Shown here: positions 1 through 10,107 of the stretch, piece by piece
Layout of the letters: every line of letters begins with the position of its first letter
How positions within the stretch are numbered: position 1 is the stretch's first letter
From: an uncultured bacterium
GTDB taxonomy: Bacteria; Cyanobacteriota; Cyanobacteriia; Cyanobacteriales; Chamaesiphonaceae
NCBI GenBank assembly: GCA_964247085.1
Contig: CAXTSX010000013.1
Span: 5,889-69,888 of the forward strand
Reading direction: 5' to 3'
DNA: 64,000 bases
Program-made: the position numbers and the translations under genes
Notes under the pieces: generated by a model
What the model was told of the DNA's origin: nothing
Database searches by the model: none
What the model saw: only the letters and a program-made list of their open reading frames with translations

Positions 1-674
1 CAGCAACAGCGGTCTATGGATTACCAGAAATCTATCGATCGAAGCTTAAGGGTGCCCAACTAGTCGGCTGTCCGGGATGTTATCCGACGGCTAGTTTATT
101 GGCGCTTTACCCGCTGGTTAAAAATGGCCTGATCCAAGAACAGAGCATTATTATCGATGCTAAGTCCGGGACTTCTGGTGGTGGCCGTCAGGCCAAAACT
201 CATTTGCTATTGTCTGAAGCCGATAATTCGATCGCCGCTTACAGTGTGGCTGGTCATCGGCACACCCCCGAAATTGAACGGATCTGTGGGGAAGTAGCTG
301 GGCACGATATGCAGGTACAGTTCACACCGCACTTGGTACCGATGGTACGGGGTATTTTGGCGACAGTTTATGCCAATCTACGTGACCCTCGACTCGTGGC
401 CGAAGACATGATGACCATTTACCAATCGGCCTATCGCGCTGCGTCCTGGGTGAAAATCTTGCCCAGTGGCACCTATCCCCAAACCAAGTGGGCGTTGGGG
501 ACAAATCTTTGCTATGTCTCGATCGAAGTCGATTCTCGTACTGGTCGGGTAATTGTAATGTCGGCGATCGACAACTTACTCAAGGGACAAGCTGGCCAAG
601 CAGTGCAGTGTTTGAATTTGATGATGGATTGGGAGGAAACTCTGGGGTTACCAAATCTCGCCTTCTATCCTTGA
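1..674 (+). CDS. argC: N-acetyl-gamma-glutamyl-phosphate reductase, C-terminal part (5' end lies outside the window)
   Basis: The reading frame is open to the window edge (codons start at nt 3). Motifs SGTSGGGR and GHRHTPEIE are typical of ArgC. The listed ORF 99..674 is only the part after an internal Met. Confidence 0.9.
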   Translation, partial: ATAVYGLPEIYRSKLKGAQLVGCPGCYPTASLLALYPLVKNGLIQEQSIIIDAKSGTSGGGRQAKTHLLLSEADNSIAAYSVAGHRHTPEIERICGEVAGHDMQVQFTPHLVPMVRGILATVYANLRDPRLVAEDMMTIYQSAYRAASWVKILPSGTYPQTKWALGTNLCYVSIEVDSRTGRVIVMSAIDNLLKGQAGQAVQCLNLMMDWEETLGLPNLAFYP

Positions 675-1843
675 AGCAGACCGCGCACTGCTGCTAGTAA
701 TCGATCGATCTCCGTCTCGCTGGTGAAGTAATGCACACCAGCGCGGAGGCAACTGGGTACGACGATCGATCTCACAAAAATACTCTGACTCTCCAAAGAC
801 TGTACGACCTGATCCGGATCAACGCCCACGAGCTGAAAGGCCACTAGTCCTGACTGCGGTGGCTCTGTCAGTAAACAAGTTACACCTTCGATCGTTTGTA
901 ACCCATGCCAAAGATAAGCGGCCAGCTTAATAATTTGTTGATACCGAGTTGACCCATCGCCCCACTGATGATGAAATTCCAAGGCCGCCGTTAAACCAGC
1001 ATAAAGGGGATAAGCCGAAGTCGCCACCTCGTACTGACGGCCATCAGTCAACAAGCCTCCACCAGTAGCGGCTTCATAACTCAAACTGCGCCAACCAATA
1101 AAAGTCGGTCGCAAACTCTCTCTGGCCGCTGGACTAACATACAAACCACCAACGCCTTCTGGTCCACAACACCACTTGTGGCCAGTAAAAGCATAAAAAT
1201 CCACCCCAACTAATGCTGTCAAATTCAGCGGTAACATGCCCACCGACTGCGCCGCATCCACCAATAGCCGAATCTCCTGGGCTCCGTGGTAAGCCTTCAC
1301 CGCTGCTCCAATTTCCGCCAAAGGCACAACCTGGCCAGTATTCCACAGCACATGGCTAAGTACGACCAGCTTGGTAGAAGGTCGCAAATGAGTAGTAATC
1401 AGTTCGACGGCATCTTCGCCTTGCAAAGTTTTCAACAGCGGCACCATGCTACTAGTTACCCGATAACGCAGCTTAATTTCTTCGATCGCCGCCACAATAC
1501 CCGGATGCTCACAGTCCGTTAGTAAAATATGGTCACCAGGTTGCCAGTCCATCCCCCACAGGGCAATGTTGCAACCCACCGTCACATCTTCAGTGAGAGT
1601 AATAGTACTAGCTTCAACCCCCAATTCTTGAGCGATCGATTGCCGAGTCTGCTGAGCAACTTGCGCCACCCAAGCATTAGTTTTCAACCCAAATGGACCA
1701 TGCTGTTGGACATACTCAAAAGATTTATTAATAGCAACTAGGGTGGTTTGAGACAACACTCCTTGGCCACCATAGTTAAAATAAGCTTTATCAGCTAAAG
1801 CCGCAAAGGAGCTACGATGAGTATCAATATTTGGTTGAGACAT
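665..1843 (-). CDS. Class V aminotransferase / cysteine desulfurase-like PLP enzyme
   Basis: 392-aa ORF with the PLP-lysine region [18 protein letters not shown] typical of class V fold enzymes. Its 3' end overlaps the argC 3' end by 10 nt (convergent). Confidence 0.85.
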   Translation of the reverse strand: MSQPNIDTHRSSFAALADKAYFNYGGQGVLSQTTLVAINKSFEYVQQHGPFGLKTNAWVAQVAQQTRQSIAQELGVEASTITLTEDVTVGCNIALWGMDWQPGDHILLTDCEHPGIVAAIEEIKLRYRVTSSMVPLLKTLQGEDAVELITTHLRPSTKLVVLSHVLWNTGQVVPLAEIGAAVKAYHGAQEIRLLVDAAQSVGMLPLNLTALVGVDFYAFTGHKWCCGPEGVGGLYVSPAARESLRPTFIGWRSLSYEAATGGGLLTDGRQYEVATSAYPLYAGLTAALEFHHQWGDGSTRYQQIIKLAAYLWHGLQTIEGVTCLLTEPPQSGLVAFQLVGVDPDQVVQSLESQSIFVRSIVVPSCLRAGVHYFTSETEIDRLLAAVRGLLQG

Positions 1844-2268
1844 AACAGATAATGCATCCTAGAAACTAGTGTAGTGCCAAAATACTACTATGTAATAGAT
1901 AGCAGAAAATAGACCTTTATAACAAGTAAAAAGCTACGCAATTAATAAATTAGTTGAGTTCAACTAAAATTTATATCTCACTTTTTCTTACTGACAACTA
2001 AATTAGAATCTAGTATTAATTATATCAGTAGGGTTTGAAGACCATACTTTTGGAGCAGATTTAGGATACATTCCTCACAATAGAAGTGGCTGTCTTTGAC
2101 AAGCTTTACGCTAACTGACTTAAGGGATTTGAGTGGACAGCGTAACTATTGTACCGGGATACTATCCTATTTTTTTTGCCTAGAACTTACAGCGAGGTGT
2201 TAATTTTCTCCTGACTAGATTTACTGGATGATTTACTGAGGAGTAGGATTTAAATATGTTTAATAAGG

Positions 2269-2610
2269 ATGGGTCAAACCATGACCAAACCGATCGCCTC
2301 TATTACCTTACCCCCCGTTGCTGATATCCAAGTGGAAAGTTCTTGGCTTAACCATAAACTTTGCCAATGGCTAGATCAAGAATTTATCCCCGAAGCGATT
2401 AATACCCAAATCGCTGAACGCTGTGCCCAAATTTTTGTCCGGCAGCGATTAGAGGGGGAGAATGATTTGGGTGAATTGGTAATGGCAATCATTTTGGAAA
2501 TGCAATCTTTTAATTTTACCGAAAGCTTCTATAGTGAATTTGCGATCGCGAACGCCGTTAGTGATTTGATCTTAGAAAGTTTGGGCTTTGAGAGCTGTTG
2601 TGGCTATTAG
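2269..2610 (+). CDS. Hypothetical protein (113 aa)
   Basis: Clean ORF after a 425-bp AT-rich divergent promoter region. Codon usage matches its neighbours. I recognise no family. Confidence 0.5.
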   Translation: MGQTMTKPIASITLPPVADIQVESSWLNHKLCQWLDQEFIPEAINTQIAERCAQIFVRQRLEGENDLGELVMAIILEMQSFNFTESFYSEFAIANAVSDLILESLGFESCCGY

Positions 2611-2677
2611 TAAATCTATGACAGTAACAGTATATTAACCAAGCCATTAAGGAAAAATCACGTTAAAACGAAAGCCA

Positions 2678-3343
2678 TCAAATCAACTTTGGACAAGCAG
2701 CCATCGCTCCACTGGCCGTTGGGCAGTAAGCACTCAAACAAGGTTGACGATAGATTTCGTCTGTTTCCCGTGGAGAGGAAATCTGCCCAAAAACCATTTT
2801 GCAGCTAAAATCCTCGAAATTTGGAGTCATGGTCAGAGGAATTCCAAACTTTTCAGTAAAAAAAGTCTGCGTGGGTACTTTGCATAAATTAACGCAGGTT
2901 CCCACGCAACCGCTTTCCACCAAATACCGACATTTTTTGATTTGAACGGCGGAGGATTGTGATCGAACTGTCCCATCGGGTAGCTCAACCTCTGCTACCG
3001 CCACATCACAAGGTCCCACTAACCAAATAAACAATTGGGTGGCAAACCAGGCATTGAGTTCACACACCAACTGCGTCGGGGTAAAAAAAGTACGGATCGC
3101 CCAGAGGACTGGGGCAGGGACCAAAGATTGCAAGACTTGAGCAATTAGAGCTTGCTGTTCGAGAGCATTCCGTTCCTGCATCACTTGCTGGGATAAATCC
3201 ACGAAGCCCCCATAGCCGCCAACGGTGTTGCCAGCTCCCAAGGCTTGAGATATCTTGCGGGAAAATAACCAGATGAACAGCCGATCGATCCAGTTATCGT
3301 AATATTCGTCGGCAACAATAATTGGCAAGGCTGGTGTAGGCAT
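2678..3343 (-). CDS. D27-like beta-carotene isomerase family protein (DUF4033)
   Basis: The C-terminal Cys-rich block KKCRYLVESGCVGTCVNLCKVPTQTFFTEKFGIPLTMTPNFEDFSCKMVFGQ matches my memory of the DWARF27/DUF4033 core. Confidence 0.75.
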   Translation of the reverse strand: MPTPALPIIVADEYYDNWIDRLFIWLFSRKISQALGAGNTVGGYGGFVDLSQQVMQERNALEQQALIAQVLQSLVPAPVLWAIRTFFTPTQLVCELNAWFATQLFIWLVGPCDVAVAEVELPDGTVRSQSSAVQIKKCRYLVESGCVGTCVNLCKVPTQTFFTEKFGIPLTMTPNFEDFSCKMVFGQISSPRETDEIYRQPCLSAYCPTASGAMAACPKLI

Positions 3344-3387
3344 TTTTTCCCTTTATTCCGAAAATTAATACAGATGTATAGACAACA

Positions 3388-3415
3388 AAGCCCCAAACAC
3401 CATTGTTCGGGGCTT
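3388..3415 (-). terminator. Hairpin downstream of rpsN
   Basis: On the minus strand, AAGCCCCGAAC-AATGGT-GTTTGGGGCTT forms an 11-bp stem with one G-U pair, followed by TGTTGT. Confidence 0.5.
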
Positions 3416-3434
3416 CAGTAAATCTGGAACTATT

Positions 3435-3734
3435 CTACCAACTAGACTTAACTACACCAGGCAGCAAGCCTTGGTGTGCCCATTCCCGCAAAACGTTTCG
3501 GGACAAACCAAAATCACGGTAGTAACCTCTTGGTCTACCAGTTACCCAACAACGATTGTGGAGACGAGTGGGAGCACTGTTACGAGGCAGCTGTTGAATC
3601 TTACGGTGCACAGCTAGCTTCTGTTGAATAGGAGCATTTTCAAATTCTTCAATCAAAGCAGCGCGTTTGGCAGCATACTTTTCTACTAAACGTTCGCGGT
3701 TTCTCTCCCGCTCGATCATGCCTTTCTTTGCCAT
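3435..3734 (-). CDS. rpsN: 30S ribosomal protein S14
   Basis: 99 aa. [10 protein letters not shown]..., [26 protein letters not shown] and the C-terminal KSSW are the canonical S14 pattern. Confidence 0.95.
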   Translation of the reverse strand: MAKKGMIERERNRERLVEKYAAKRAALIEEFENAPIQQKLAVHRKIQQLPRNSAPTRLHNRCWVTGRPRGYYRDFGLSRNVLREWAHQGLLPGVVKSSW

Positions 3735-3839
3735 GGGTGTTATTACTTCAGGTGATAAAACAGTCTCCTTGCATCAGATACAATTGGCGACCAGCTTCTT
3801 ATCATAGCCCAAAAGTGATTAACGAACAAGACCAGTTAC

Positions 3840-4106
3840 TTAGACTGAACGCTGAGCATAACCATGAGTCGGACAGGGCGGTGCTGAAACAGATTTATCT
3901 AGCCAACCAGCAGCCTGTTGCAAATAGGCCAGGGCATCGGCGGGTCGATCGCTCAACAATAATACTAAGGCCGCAGCGGTCTGTTCTTGAGAGCGGACCT
4001 GTCGATTAGACTTCAAGCGGTGCCAATCGCCCTCGGTCAGGCGCAATCGATCGGCTAGTAATTGCGCTAATTCTAAAGTGGTCAGCTGGGAAATATCTGA
4101 GGGCAT
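3840..4106 (-). CDS. Small conserved hypothetical protein (88 aa)
   Basis: I start this CDS at the internal ATG (MPSDISQLTTLELAQLL...). The listed ORF 3840..4340 has an N-terminal extension that runs across the divergent neighbour. Confidence 0.5.
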   Translation of the reverse strand: MPSDISQLTTLELAQLLADRLRLTEGDWHRLKSNRQVRSQEQTAAALVLLLSDRPADALAYLQQAAGWLDKSVSAPPCPTHGYAQRSV

Positions 4107-4169
4107 AGCAAGATCCAATGATAGTTTGTGACAAGAATGGTGGAATATTATATTCAGTTCAATTTCCTG

Positions 4170-4559
4170 ATGCCTATGCCGGCCACCCTCATAGAAACCG
4201 CTGATGTTTTTTGGAGCGACATCGCCGCCCTTGAAACCAAAATTACCGATCTCAAGGAACATTACCAAACAATTCAAGCTGACCATGCTGCTTGGACAGA
4301 ACTGCAAGCTCGGCAGCAGGTTATTCAAGCTCGCAGTCAATCGCTAATCGTGCGCCAAGAACTGCAAGAAATTGCTGACTTGGAACATATCCTAGAAGAG
4401 CGGCTGCTGACCATCTTAGAGCAAATACTAGAAGGTCATCAGCTGTCTGCTAGTTGGCACCACCTATTCCAAGATTTATTTTGGAATGCGGTGCGCTTTG
4501 GTGGCGTTGGTCTACTCATCGGCTGGAGCCTCAAAACCTGGCTAAGCGGAAGCTTCTGA
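4170..4559 (+). CDS. Hypothetical coiled-coil protein with a C-terminal TM segment
   Basis: Start taken at MPMPATLIE. The protein has heptad-like Q/E/L-rich sequence and a hydrophobic C-terminus (FGGVGLLIGWSL). Its 3' end overlaps the thf1 3' end by 18 nt. Confidence 0.45.
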   Translation: MPMPATLIETADVFWSDIAALETKITDLKEHYQTIQADHAAWTELQARQQVIQARSQSLIVRQELQEIADLEHILEERLLTILEQILEGHQLSASWHHLFQDLFWNAVRFGGVGLLIGWSLKTWLSGSF

Positions 4560-5267
4560 TGGCGGAATTTCAGGTTGATCCGCTGCTTGCTTAGCCGCCT
4601 TTTCCTGTTCCCGTTGTTCGCGTTTCTTGCGGCCAGCTTCTAACACATCAGCCATGGCGGCTTCCATTTGCACCAGCTTACTCAAGTTGCTCCGGTAGCT
4701 ATCCAGATCTTTGCCTAATTTTTCGGTAGGCAGACGCAACGCTGCCGATAACTTCTCGATCGATTCCTTCCGACCCTCTTCGGTATTCAACTTCTCGGGA
4801 GCAGCCCCTTCAATCAGCGTAAATAAACCAATACCAAACAGGCGGCTGTATTTAAATTTGGGATTATCACTCACGGCTTTGATGTTCTGACTGAGAGCAT
4901 CCGTAGCATCGCCAGTGGTCATATCGACTAGTTTTCCTAAAGCATCTGCGCCCAACTGGTCACCAATAGTTTTCACGGCGCTAGCATCTTGGCGATATTT
5001 TTCGACCGAGCTATCTACGGCTTGACACAAAGCCACAAAAATTGGTGCTTTATCTTCTTCGGGCCGATAGTTGGCCATAAACCGATCGAAGCTGCTCACT
5101 ACGCCCAAAGCGTAGATCGAGTCGTAGTTAAATTCATCATTAACTAGCAGTAGGTGCATTTCCACAATCAATTCTTCTACCACTCGTCGGAAGATGGAAT
5201 TAATTGGACGAGTGTAAGAATTGTAAAACTTACGTTTGGTATCAGAAACAGTACTGAGATTGCTCAC
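4542..5267 (-). CDS. thf1: Thylakoid formation protein Thf1 / Psb29
   Basis: 241 aa. The N-terminal TVSDTKRKFY..TRPINSIFRRVVEELIVEMHLL is characteristic of Thf1, and the C-terminal tail is acidic/basic. GTG start. Confidence 0.9.
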   Translation of the reverse strand: MSNLSTVSDTKRKFYNSYTRPINSIFRRVVEELIVEMHLLLVNDEFNYDSIYALGVVSSFDRFMANYRPEEDKAPIFVALCQAVDSSVEKYRQDASAVKTIGDQLGADALGKLVDMTTGDATDALSQNIKAVSDNPKFKYSRLFGIGLFTLIEGAAPEKLNTEEGRKESIEKLSAALRLPTEKLGKDLDSYRSNLSKLVQMEAAMADVLEAGRKKREQREQEKAAKQAADQPEIPPSEASA

Positions 5268-5444
5268 CGGAACACATTTTTTAAAGTATCAACTCTTTAT
5301 TATTGACTATTTTTTGATATATGGGGATCGATCGGATTCGATCTAATTTCTGGAAGGCAGCCAAATAGCGATTTTGGGGTATTTCAACGCCCTTCACCCA
5401 AACTCACGCTAATATTAAATCTGTATTTTTTGGTTCAAGCCATC

Positions 5445-6647
5445 ATGAGTCGTGCGAAAAAAGTAGTATTAGCCTATTCTGGCGGGGTCGATACTTCGGT
5501 CTGCATCCCCTACCTCAAACAAGAATGGGGTGTAGAAGAAGTTATTACCCTGGCCGCCGATCTAGGGCAGGGCGACGAGTTGGAACCAATCCGCCAAAAA
5601 GCGCTCACCTCCGGGGCCAGTGTTTCTTTGGTAGTGGATGGCCGCGAGGAATTTGTCCGCGACTACGCATTTCCAGCCCTGATGGCTAATGCCCTCTACG
5701 AAAATCGCTACCCCCTCTCCACGGCTTTAGCCCGACCGCTGATTGCCAAAATGCTGGTGGAAGCGGCTGAGAAATATGGCGCTGATGCGGTGGCTCATGG
5801 TTGCACCGGCAAAGGCAATGACCAAGTGCGTTTTGATGTATCGATCGCCGCCCTCAATCCCCAACTCAAAGTTTTAGCTCCCGCCCGGGAATGGGGAATG
5901 AGCCGGGAAGAAACCATCGCTTACGGCGAAAAATGCGGCATTCCCTCCCCGGTGAAAAAGTCTTCACCCTTTAGCGTGGACTTGAATTTGCTGGGACGCA
6001 GTGTGGAAGCTGGTGATTTAGAAAATCCTTGGCACGAACCCCCGGAAGAAGTATTTGCCTTAACCAAGGCAATCGAGAATACTCCAGATCAGCCCGAATA
6101 TGTAGAAATTGGCTTCGAGCAAGGCTCGCCCGTGAGTATTAACGGCCAAGCCCTAGCCCCCGTAGACTTAATCGTCCAACTCAACCAGATCGTCGGCAAT
6201 CATGGCATTGGCCGTATTGATATGGTGGAAAATCGCTTAGTGGGCATCAAATCGCGGGAAATTTACGAAGTACCAGCGCTCTCCGTCTTGATTCAAGCCC
6301 ATCGGGATTTAGAAAGCCTGACCCTCACTGGCGATGTCAGCCAGTACAAGCGGGGCATCGAAGAAACCTACAGCAAGCTGGTCTATAACGGTCTGTGGTA
6401 CAGTCCCCTGAAAGCAGCTCTGGATGCTTTTGTCAGCAATACCCAACAGCAGGTCAGCGGCACTGTGCGGCTGAAGCTATTTAAGGGGAACGCAATTATT
6501 GTCGGTCGCAAGTCTGTCAACAGTCTTTATTCGATGGATTTGGCCACCTACGGTGCCGAGGATCAATTTGATCACCGCGCCGCTGAAGGCTTTATCTATG
6601 TATGGGGTCTGCCCACCCGCGTCTGGTCAGAAAAGACCAGGGGATAA
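5445..6647 (+). CDS. argG: Argininosuccinate synthase
   Basis: Motif [21 protein letters not shown] and overall collinearity with ArgG. I prefer the ATG at 5445 to the TTG at 5430. Confidence 0.95.
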   Translation: MSRAKKVVLAYSGGVDTSVCIPYLKQEWGVEEVITLAADLGQGDELEPIRQKALTSGASVSLVVDGREEFVRDYAFPALMANALYENRYPLSTALARPLIAKMLVEAAEKYGADAVAHGCTGKGNDQVRFDVSIAALNPQLKVLAPAREWGMSREETIAYGEKCGIPSPVKKSSPFSVDLNLLGRSVEAGDLENPWHEPPEEVFALTKAIENTPDQPEYVEIGFEQGSPVSINGQALAPVDLIVQLNQIVGNHGIGRIDMVENRLVGIKSREIYEVPALSVLIQAHRDLESLTLTGDVSQYKRGIEETYSKLVYNGLWYSPLKAALDAFVSNTQQQVSGTVRLKLFKGNAIIVGRKSVNSLYSMDLATYGAEDQFDHRAAEGFIYVWGLPTRVWSEKTRG

Positions 6648-6756
6648 CTCGGAGCTAACTGGGAGGTTTGGGCGATAGGAGTACAGCGAGTATGCCAATC
6701 GCTCGAATCTCCGCTACTATTTGTAGAAGGCCGGGTCAACTTTACTTACTGCTGTC

Positions 6757-7548
6757 ATGTCGCAAAATCCTCCCGATTCATCCACAGACAACAACTCTAA
6801 GAACATTCCCAAAGTCGTTGGCGATCATGCCGATCGACTGATGGATAGTCTGTTTGCTGATATCGAAGACCTGTTGGGCGGCGATAGCCAACCCCGAGCA
6901 AGATCGTCCCAGACAGTGGTTGGTCAACAGCCGGCAGCAGAATCCCACCCCGAACGTCAGCCTACTGGTCCCAGTCTCAGACCAAGTGCCGCTTATCAGG
7001 CACCGGCTTTGGAGTCCAATACGGCCATTAATAAGCCACCCCAGCAAGGGAATTGGGCAAAGATTTTACTGGGATTGAGCCTAGCGGCGATCGCTGCCGG
7101 GGGATGCCTGTGGTGGCTAGCAAAAGAACGAAAAATTAATCTTGATGCCCTGATGCCCAGTGACGCGAGCAAAGCCGATATTCAATTTGCCGACTATTTG
7201 CACCGTTCTTTGGGCAAAATTGAGGGCAGTGCCAACGAACAATCGCCCCCGGCGAATCAAGTCACCCTGCCCAATCAACTTAGCGCTCCGGTGGCTAATC
7301 CATCGGCGGTCATCACTTCAGCGGTTCCGGCTTTACCAGTAACAGGTATTAGCTTTACTAAAGTTATCAAAAGCCAGCCACCGACAGCCGAATTTGTGAT
7401 TGATGGTAAGATTCAGCAGCTCAACGTCGGTGATAAAATTGGCAAAAGCGGCTGGACTCTAGGTACGGTCACGGGTGCCTTGGATACCGAAGTGATGATC
7501 AAACGGAATGATGAACTTCGTACCCTAAAAGCTGGTCAGCAATTCTAG
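6757..7548 (+). CDS. Hypothetical membrane protein, Pro/Ser/Ala-rich
   Basis: 263-aa ORF with one clear TM segment (ILLGLSLAAIAAGGCLWWL). No family recognised. Confidence 0.55.
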   Translation: MSQNPPDSSTDNNSKNIPKVVGDHADRLMDSLFADIEDLLGGDSQPRARSSQTVVGQQPAAESHPERQPTGPSLRPSAAYQAPALESNTAINKPPQQGNWAKILLGLSLAAIAAGGCLWWLAKERKINLDALMPSDASKADIQFADYLHRSLGKIEGSANEQSPPANQVTLPNQLSAPVANPSAVITSAVPALPVTGISFTKVIKSQPPTAEFVIDGKIQQLNVGDKIGKSGWTLGTVTGALDTEVMIKRNDELRTLKAGQQF

Positions 7549-7570
7549 ATCGATCGCAAGAGGACGGGTC

Positions 7571-8140
7571 ATGGGATTATTCGATGATATGAAGCGCTTT
7601 CTAGAGACCCAACTAGACGACTTCATGAGCAAAAATCCACACTTGCAAATTCAGGTGTTGGAAGAACAATTGCAGCAGCAAGAAGAAGATAGTCAAACTT
7701 TTTTGGTGGAGCTGCGCGGCCAAGAGAAACGACTACAAGCGGAAGTATTAAGCACCGCTCAAGAAATCAAAAGTTGGCACGAGCGTGTCACCAAAGCCCA
7801 AGCGGCTGGTCGGGAAGAGTTGGCCACCGCCGCCCAAGAGCGAGTAGATACTCTGCTGCGCCAAGGCAATCAGCTGTGGGGCAAGATGCAAAGTATTAAA
7901 GATCGGACGGCTCAAACCACTAAGTTACTAGAAACCATTAAAGTCCGCCGCCAGGAACTGAAACAAAAAGCCGCCGAAGTACAGGCTGCTCGGACTACTT
8001 CCGCTGCCTGGGAAAAGCCGGTCGATTCTTGGCGATCGGAGACCAGTCGTAGTGACCCCAGCGACCCACTAGAAGCCCAATTTTTGCGCTGGGAAGCGGA
8101 AGAAGAACTGCAACAGCTCAAAAAAGACCTGGGCAAGTAG
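7571..8140 (+). CDS. Coiled-coil protein with a PspA/IM30-like N-terminus
   Basis: 189 aa. MGLFDDMKRFLETQLDDF resembles the PspA/Vipp1 N-terminal helix, followed by a long Q/E/K-rich coiled coil. Confidence 0.6.
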   Translation: MGLFDDMKRFLETQLDDFMSKNPHLQIQVLEEQLQQQEEDSQTFLVELRGQEKRLQAEVLSTAQEIKSWHERVTKAQAAGREELATAAQERVDTLLRQGNQLWGKMQSIKDRTAQTTKLLETIKVRRQELKQKAAEVQAARTTSAAWEKPVDSWRSETSRSDPSDPLEAQFLRWEAEEELQQLKKDLGK

Positions 8141-8160
8141 CTAAATTGCCCTCACCCCAA

Positions 8161-8184
8161 CCCTCTCCCAAGTTTGGGAGAGGG
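8161..8184. terminator. Hairpin between convergent genes
   Basis: CCCTCTCCCA-AGTT-TGGGAGAGGG gives a 10-bp perfect stem. There is no strong T-run. Confidence 0.4.
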
Positions 8185-8194
8185 CGCAAGAGTT

Positions 8195-8584
8195 CTAAGG
8201 CATCTGGTAGGTGAAAAAGCGATCCAAGATACCGATCGTCTCAATCCGACCAGTAAAATTCAGATCGGCAATATCAATTTGAGTGCTGTAGAGGCTGGCA
8301 ATACCGAAATCCCGCCGGGTCGTGCGATCGCCAATCATCGGCTTTAATAAATTCTGCAAGTAAGGTCTACCAGCAGCCACCAACTTTTGACAGGTGATGT
8401 TGGCCACCAAGGTGCCGATCGTATTCTCACTAGCTCGGCTACATTCCTGTTGCGCCCGTCGCCTAATTTCTTCCACCAAATATTTTTCGTAAGCAGCCGG
8501 TGCCGGGTTGGTAAAAATCAGACCGGCAACAATTGAAATTAAACCTAAACTGCCACTAATTACTAGTACTTGCCACTTTGCCAT
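8195..8584 (-). CDS. Small membrane-anchored hypothetical protein (DUF4359-like, from memory)
   Basis: Start taken at MAKWQVLVISGSLGLISIVAGLIF (129 aa). The longer listed ORF, up to 8770, runs antisense through tRNA-His. Confidence 0.6.
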   Translation of the reverse strand: MAKWQVLVISGSLGLISIVAGLIFTNPAPAAYEKYLVEEIRRRAQQECSRASENTIGTLVANITCQKLVAAGRPYLQNLLKPMIGDRTTRRDFGIASLYSTQIDIADLNFTGRIETIGILDRFFTYQMP

Positions 8585-8661
8585 AAGTTTTGCTGTCGAA
8601 CTCCGCACTGCTAATATTTTACAGTTTGTTTTTGGCAAAGGCAAAAAAAATCTCATACCTA

Positions 8662-8691
8662 TTGCCATTGGGAGTAAAGTTGCGTTATTAT
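8662..8691 (+). promoter_or_regulatory. Candidate sigma70-type promoter for tRNA-His
   Basis: TTGCCA (8662-8667), 18-nt spacer, TATTAT (8686-8691). The -10 element ends 10 nt before the tRNA 5' end. Confidence 0.35.
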
Positions 8692-8701
8692 GTTGCTTCG
8701 T

Positions 8702-8775
8702 GGCGAGTGTAGCCAAGTGGTTAAGGCAGTGGTTTGTGGTACCGCCATTCGCGGGTTCGAGTCCCGTCATTCGCC
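8702..8775 (+). tRNA. tRNA-His (anticodon GTG)
   Basis: Hand-folded cloverleaf. Encoded G-1 pairs with C73. Acceptor GCGAGTG/CATTCGC, D arm GCC..GGC, anticodon stem GTGGT/ACCGC with loop TTGTGGT, T arm GCGGG-TTCGAGT-CCCGT. CCA is not encoded. Confidence 0.9.
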
Positions 8776-8787
8776 CTCAAAAAACCC

Positions 8788-8816
8788 AAAAGCCCTACTA
8801 AGTTAGTAGGGCTTTT
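8788..8816. terminator. Bidirectional intrinsic terminator (tRNA-His and the urtA-like gene)
   Basis: AAAAGCCCTACTAA-G-TTAGTAGGGCTTTT is a near-perfect palindrome with T-runs on both strands. It lies between the two convergent genes. Confidence 0.6.
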
Positions 8817-8841
8817 GGGTGGGAATTATAATTAAATGTTA

Positions 8842-10107
8842 TTAGCTTTTATAAGCACCACCCCTAGTTGGGTCAGACCAATCACAAGCATAGCCCTTGG
8901 TCTTAGCCACATACTGATTCCAAGGTTGGGGAGTAATGGGTTGCGGAGTTGCAAAGACGATGTCAAATAGTCCATCGGCTCGGACTTGGCCAATCCGCAC
9001 TGTCTTAGAGAGGTGATGATTCGCATTCATCCGCACTGGTCCGTGGGGAGCTTCAAAAGTGAGTCCGATCGCCGCTGCCCGCACTTTTTCGATATCTTGG
9101 AAGGTACCAGCCTTTTCTACGGCCTTTTTCCACAAATACACCATAGTGTAGGCTGATTCCATCGGGTCATTGACTACCCGATCTTGACCATATTTGCCTT
9201 TAAAAGATTGGACAAATTTTTTGCTGGCCGCTGTATCCACCGTTTGAAAATAATTCCAAGCGGCAAAGTGTCCTTGAAGATATTTAAGACCGATCGCCTG
9301 AACCTCTTCTTCAGCCACACTCACCGACATAGTCGGATATTTGGCAGCCGTTAGGCCATTTTCATAGAGCTGCTTAAAGAAAGCTACATTGGTACTGCCA
9401 TTCAAAGTGTTGTAAATTATCCCGCCTTGGGGCAGAGCCTTCTTCATGGCCGCAATCATGGCCTCTACTTTATTATCTCCCAAGGGCAAATACAGCTCAC
9501 CTACCACCTGTGCCTGTTTAGCCTGGAGTTGAGCTTTAATAATTTCGTTGGCCGTGCGCGGAAAAGCGTAGTCAGAACCTACCAAGAAAAAAGGTTGTTT
9601 GGGATATTTTTGCAGCAACCACTCGATCGAAGGTTCAATTTGCTGGTTAGGAGCTGCCCCAGTATAAAAAATGTTTCTCGAGCATTCTTGGCCTTCGTAT
9701 TGCAACGGATACCAGAGCATGTGTTTTTCGGTTTCAAAGGTATCGAGCACAGCACGACGACTAGCTGAAGTCCAACAGCCAAAGACCGTAGACACTTTAT
9801 CTTCTTTGATGAGCTTTCTGGCTTTAGTTTCAAAAGTGAGCAAATCGGAAGCGCCATCTTCCACTAATGCCACAATTTTTTTACCTAAAATACCACCAGC
9901 GGCATTAATCTCATCGATCGCCATCTTTTCTGCATCAACGACAGTTTTTTCAGAGATGGCCATATTACCAGTGAGAGAGTGGAGAATACCAACTTTAATT
10001 ACATTGGTAGAAGCACTCATCGGTAAAGAACAGGATTTGAGTAAAGCACTACCGATCGCGCTACCTCCCAAAAACAGCATTTCCCGGCGTTTGAATTTTC
10101 TGGTCAT
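8842..10107 (-). CDS. urtA: Urea/amide-type ABC transporter substrate-binding protein (UrtA-like)
   Basis: 421 aa. Twin-Arg/lipoprotein-like leader RREMLFLGGSAIGSALLKSC. Motifs GILHSLTGNMAISE, WYPLQYEGQE and PWNQYV..GYACDW are typical of UrtA/AmiC-type binding proteins. No urtBCDE genes are adjacent. Confidence 0.8.
   Translation of the reverse strand: MTRKFKRREMLFLGGSAIGSALLKSCSLPMSASTNVIKVGILHSLTGNMAISEKTVVDAEKMAIDEINAAGGILGKKIVALVEDGASDLLTFETKARKLIKEDKVSTVFGCWTSASRRAVLDTFETEKHMLWYPLQYEGQECSRNIFYTGAAPNQQIEPSIEWLLQKYPKQPFFLVGSDYAFPRTANEIIKAQLQAKQAQVVGELYLPLGDNKVEAMIAAMKKALPQGGIIYNTLNGSTNVAFFKQLYENGLTAAKYPTMSVSVAEEEVQAIGLKYLQGHFAAWNYFQTVDTAASKKFVQSFKGKYGQDRVVNDPMESAYTMVYLWKKAVEKAGTFQDIEKVRAAAIGLTFEAPHGPVRMNANHHLSKTVRIGQVRADGLFDIVFATPQPITPQPWNQYVAKTKGYACDWSDPTRGGAYKS

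Noticed and set aside
4107-4340. N-terminal extension of the listed ORF 3840..4340 (minus strand)
   Set aside because: It overlaps the divergent plus-strand gene and has odd composition. The conserved-looking protein begins at MPSDISQL (4106).
8585-8770. N-terminal 62 codons of the listed 191-aa minus-strand ORF 8195..8770
   Set aside because: This part runs antisense straight through a well-folding tRNA-His (8702-8775) and its promoter. The conserved membrane-protein sequence starts at the internal ATG at 8584.
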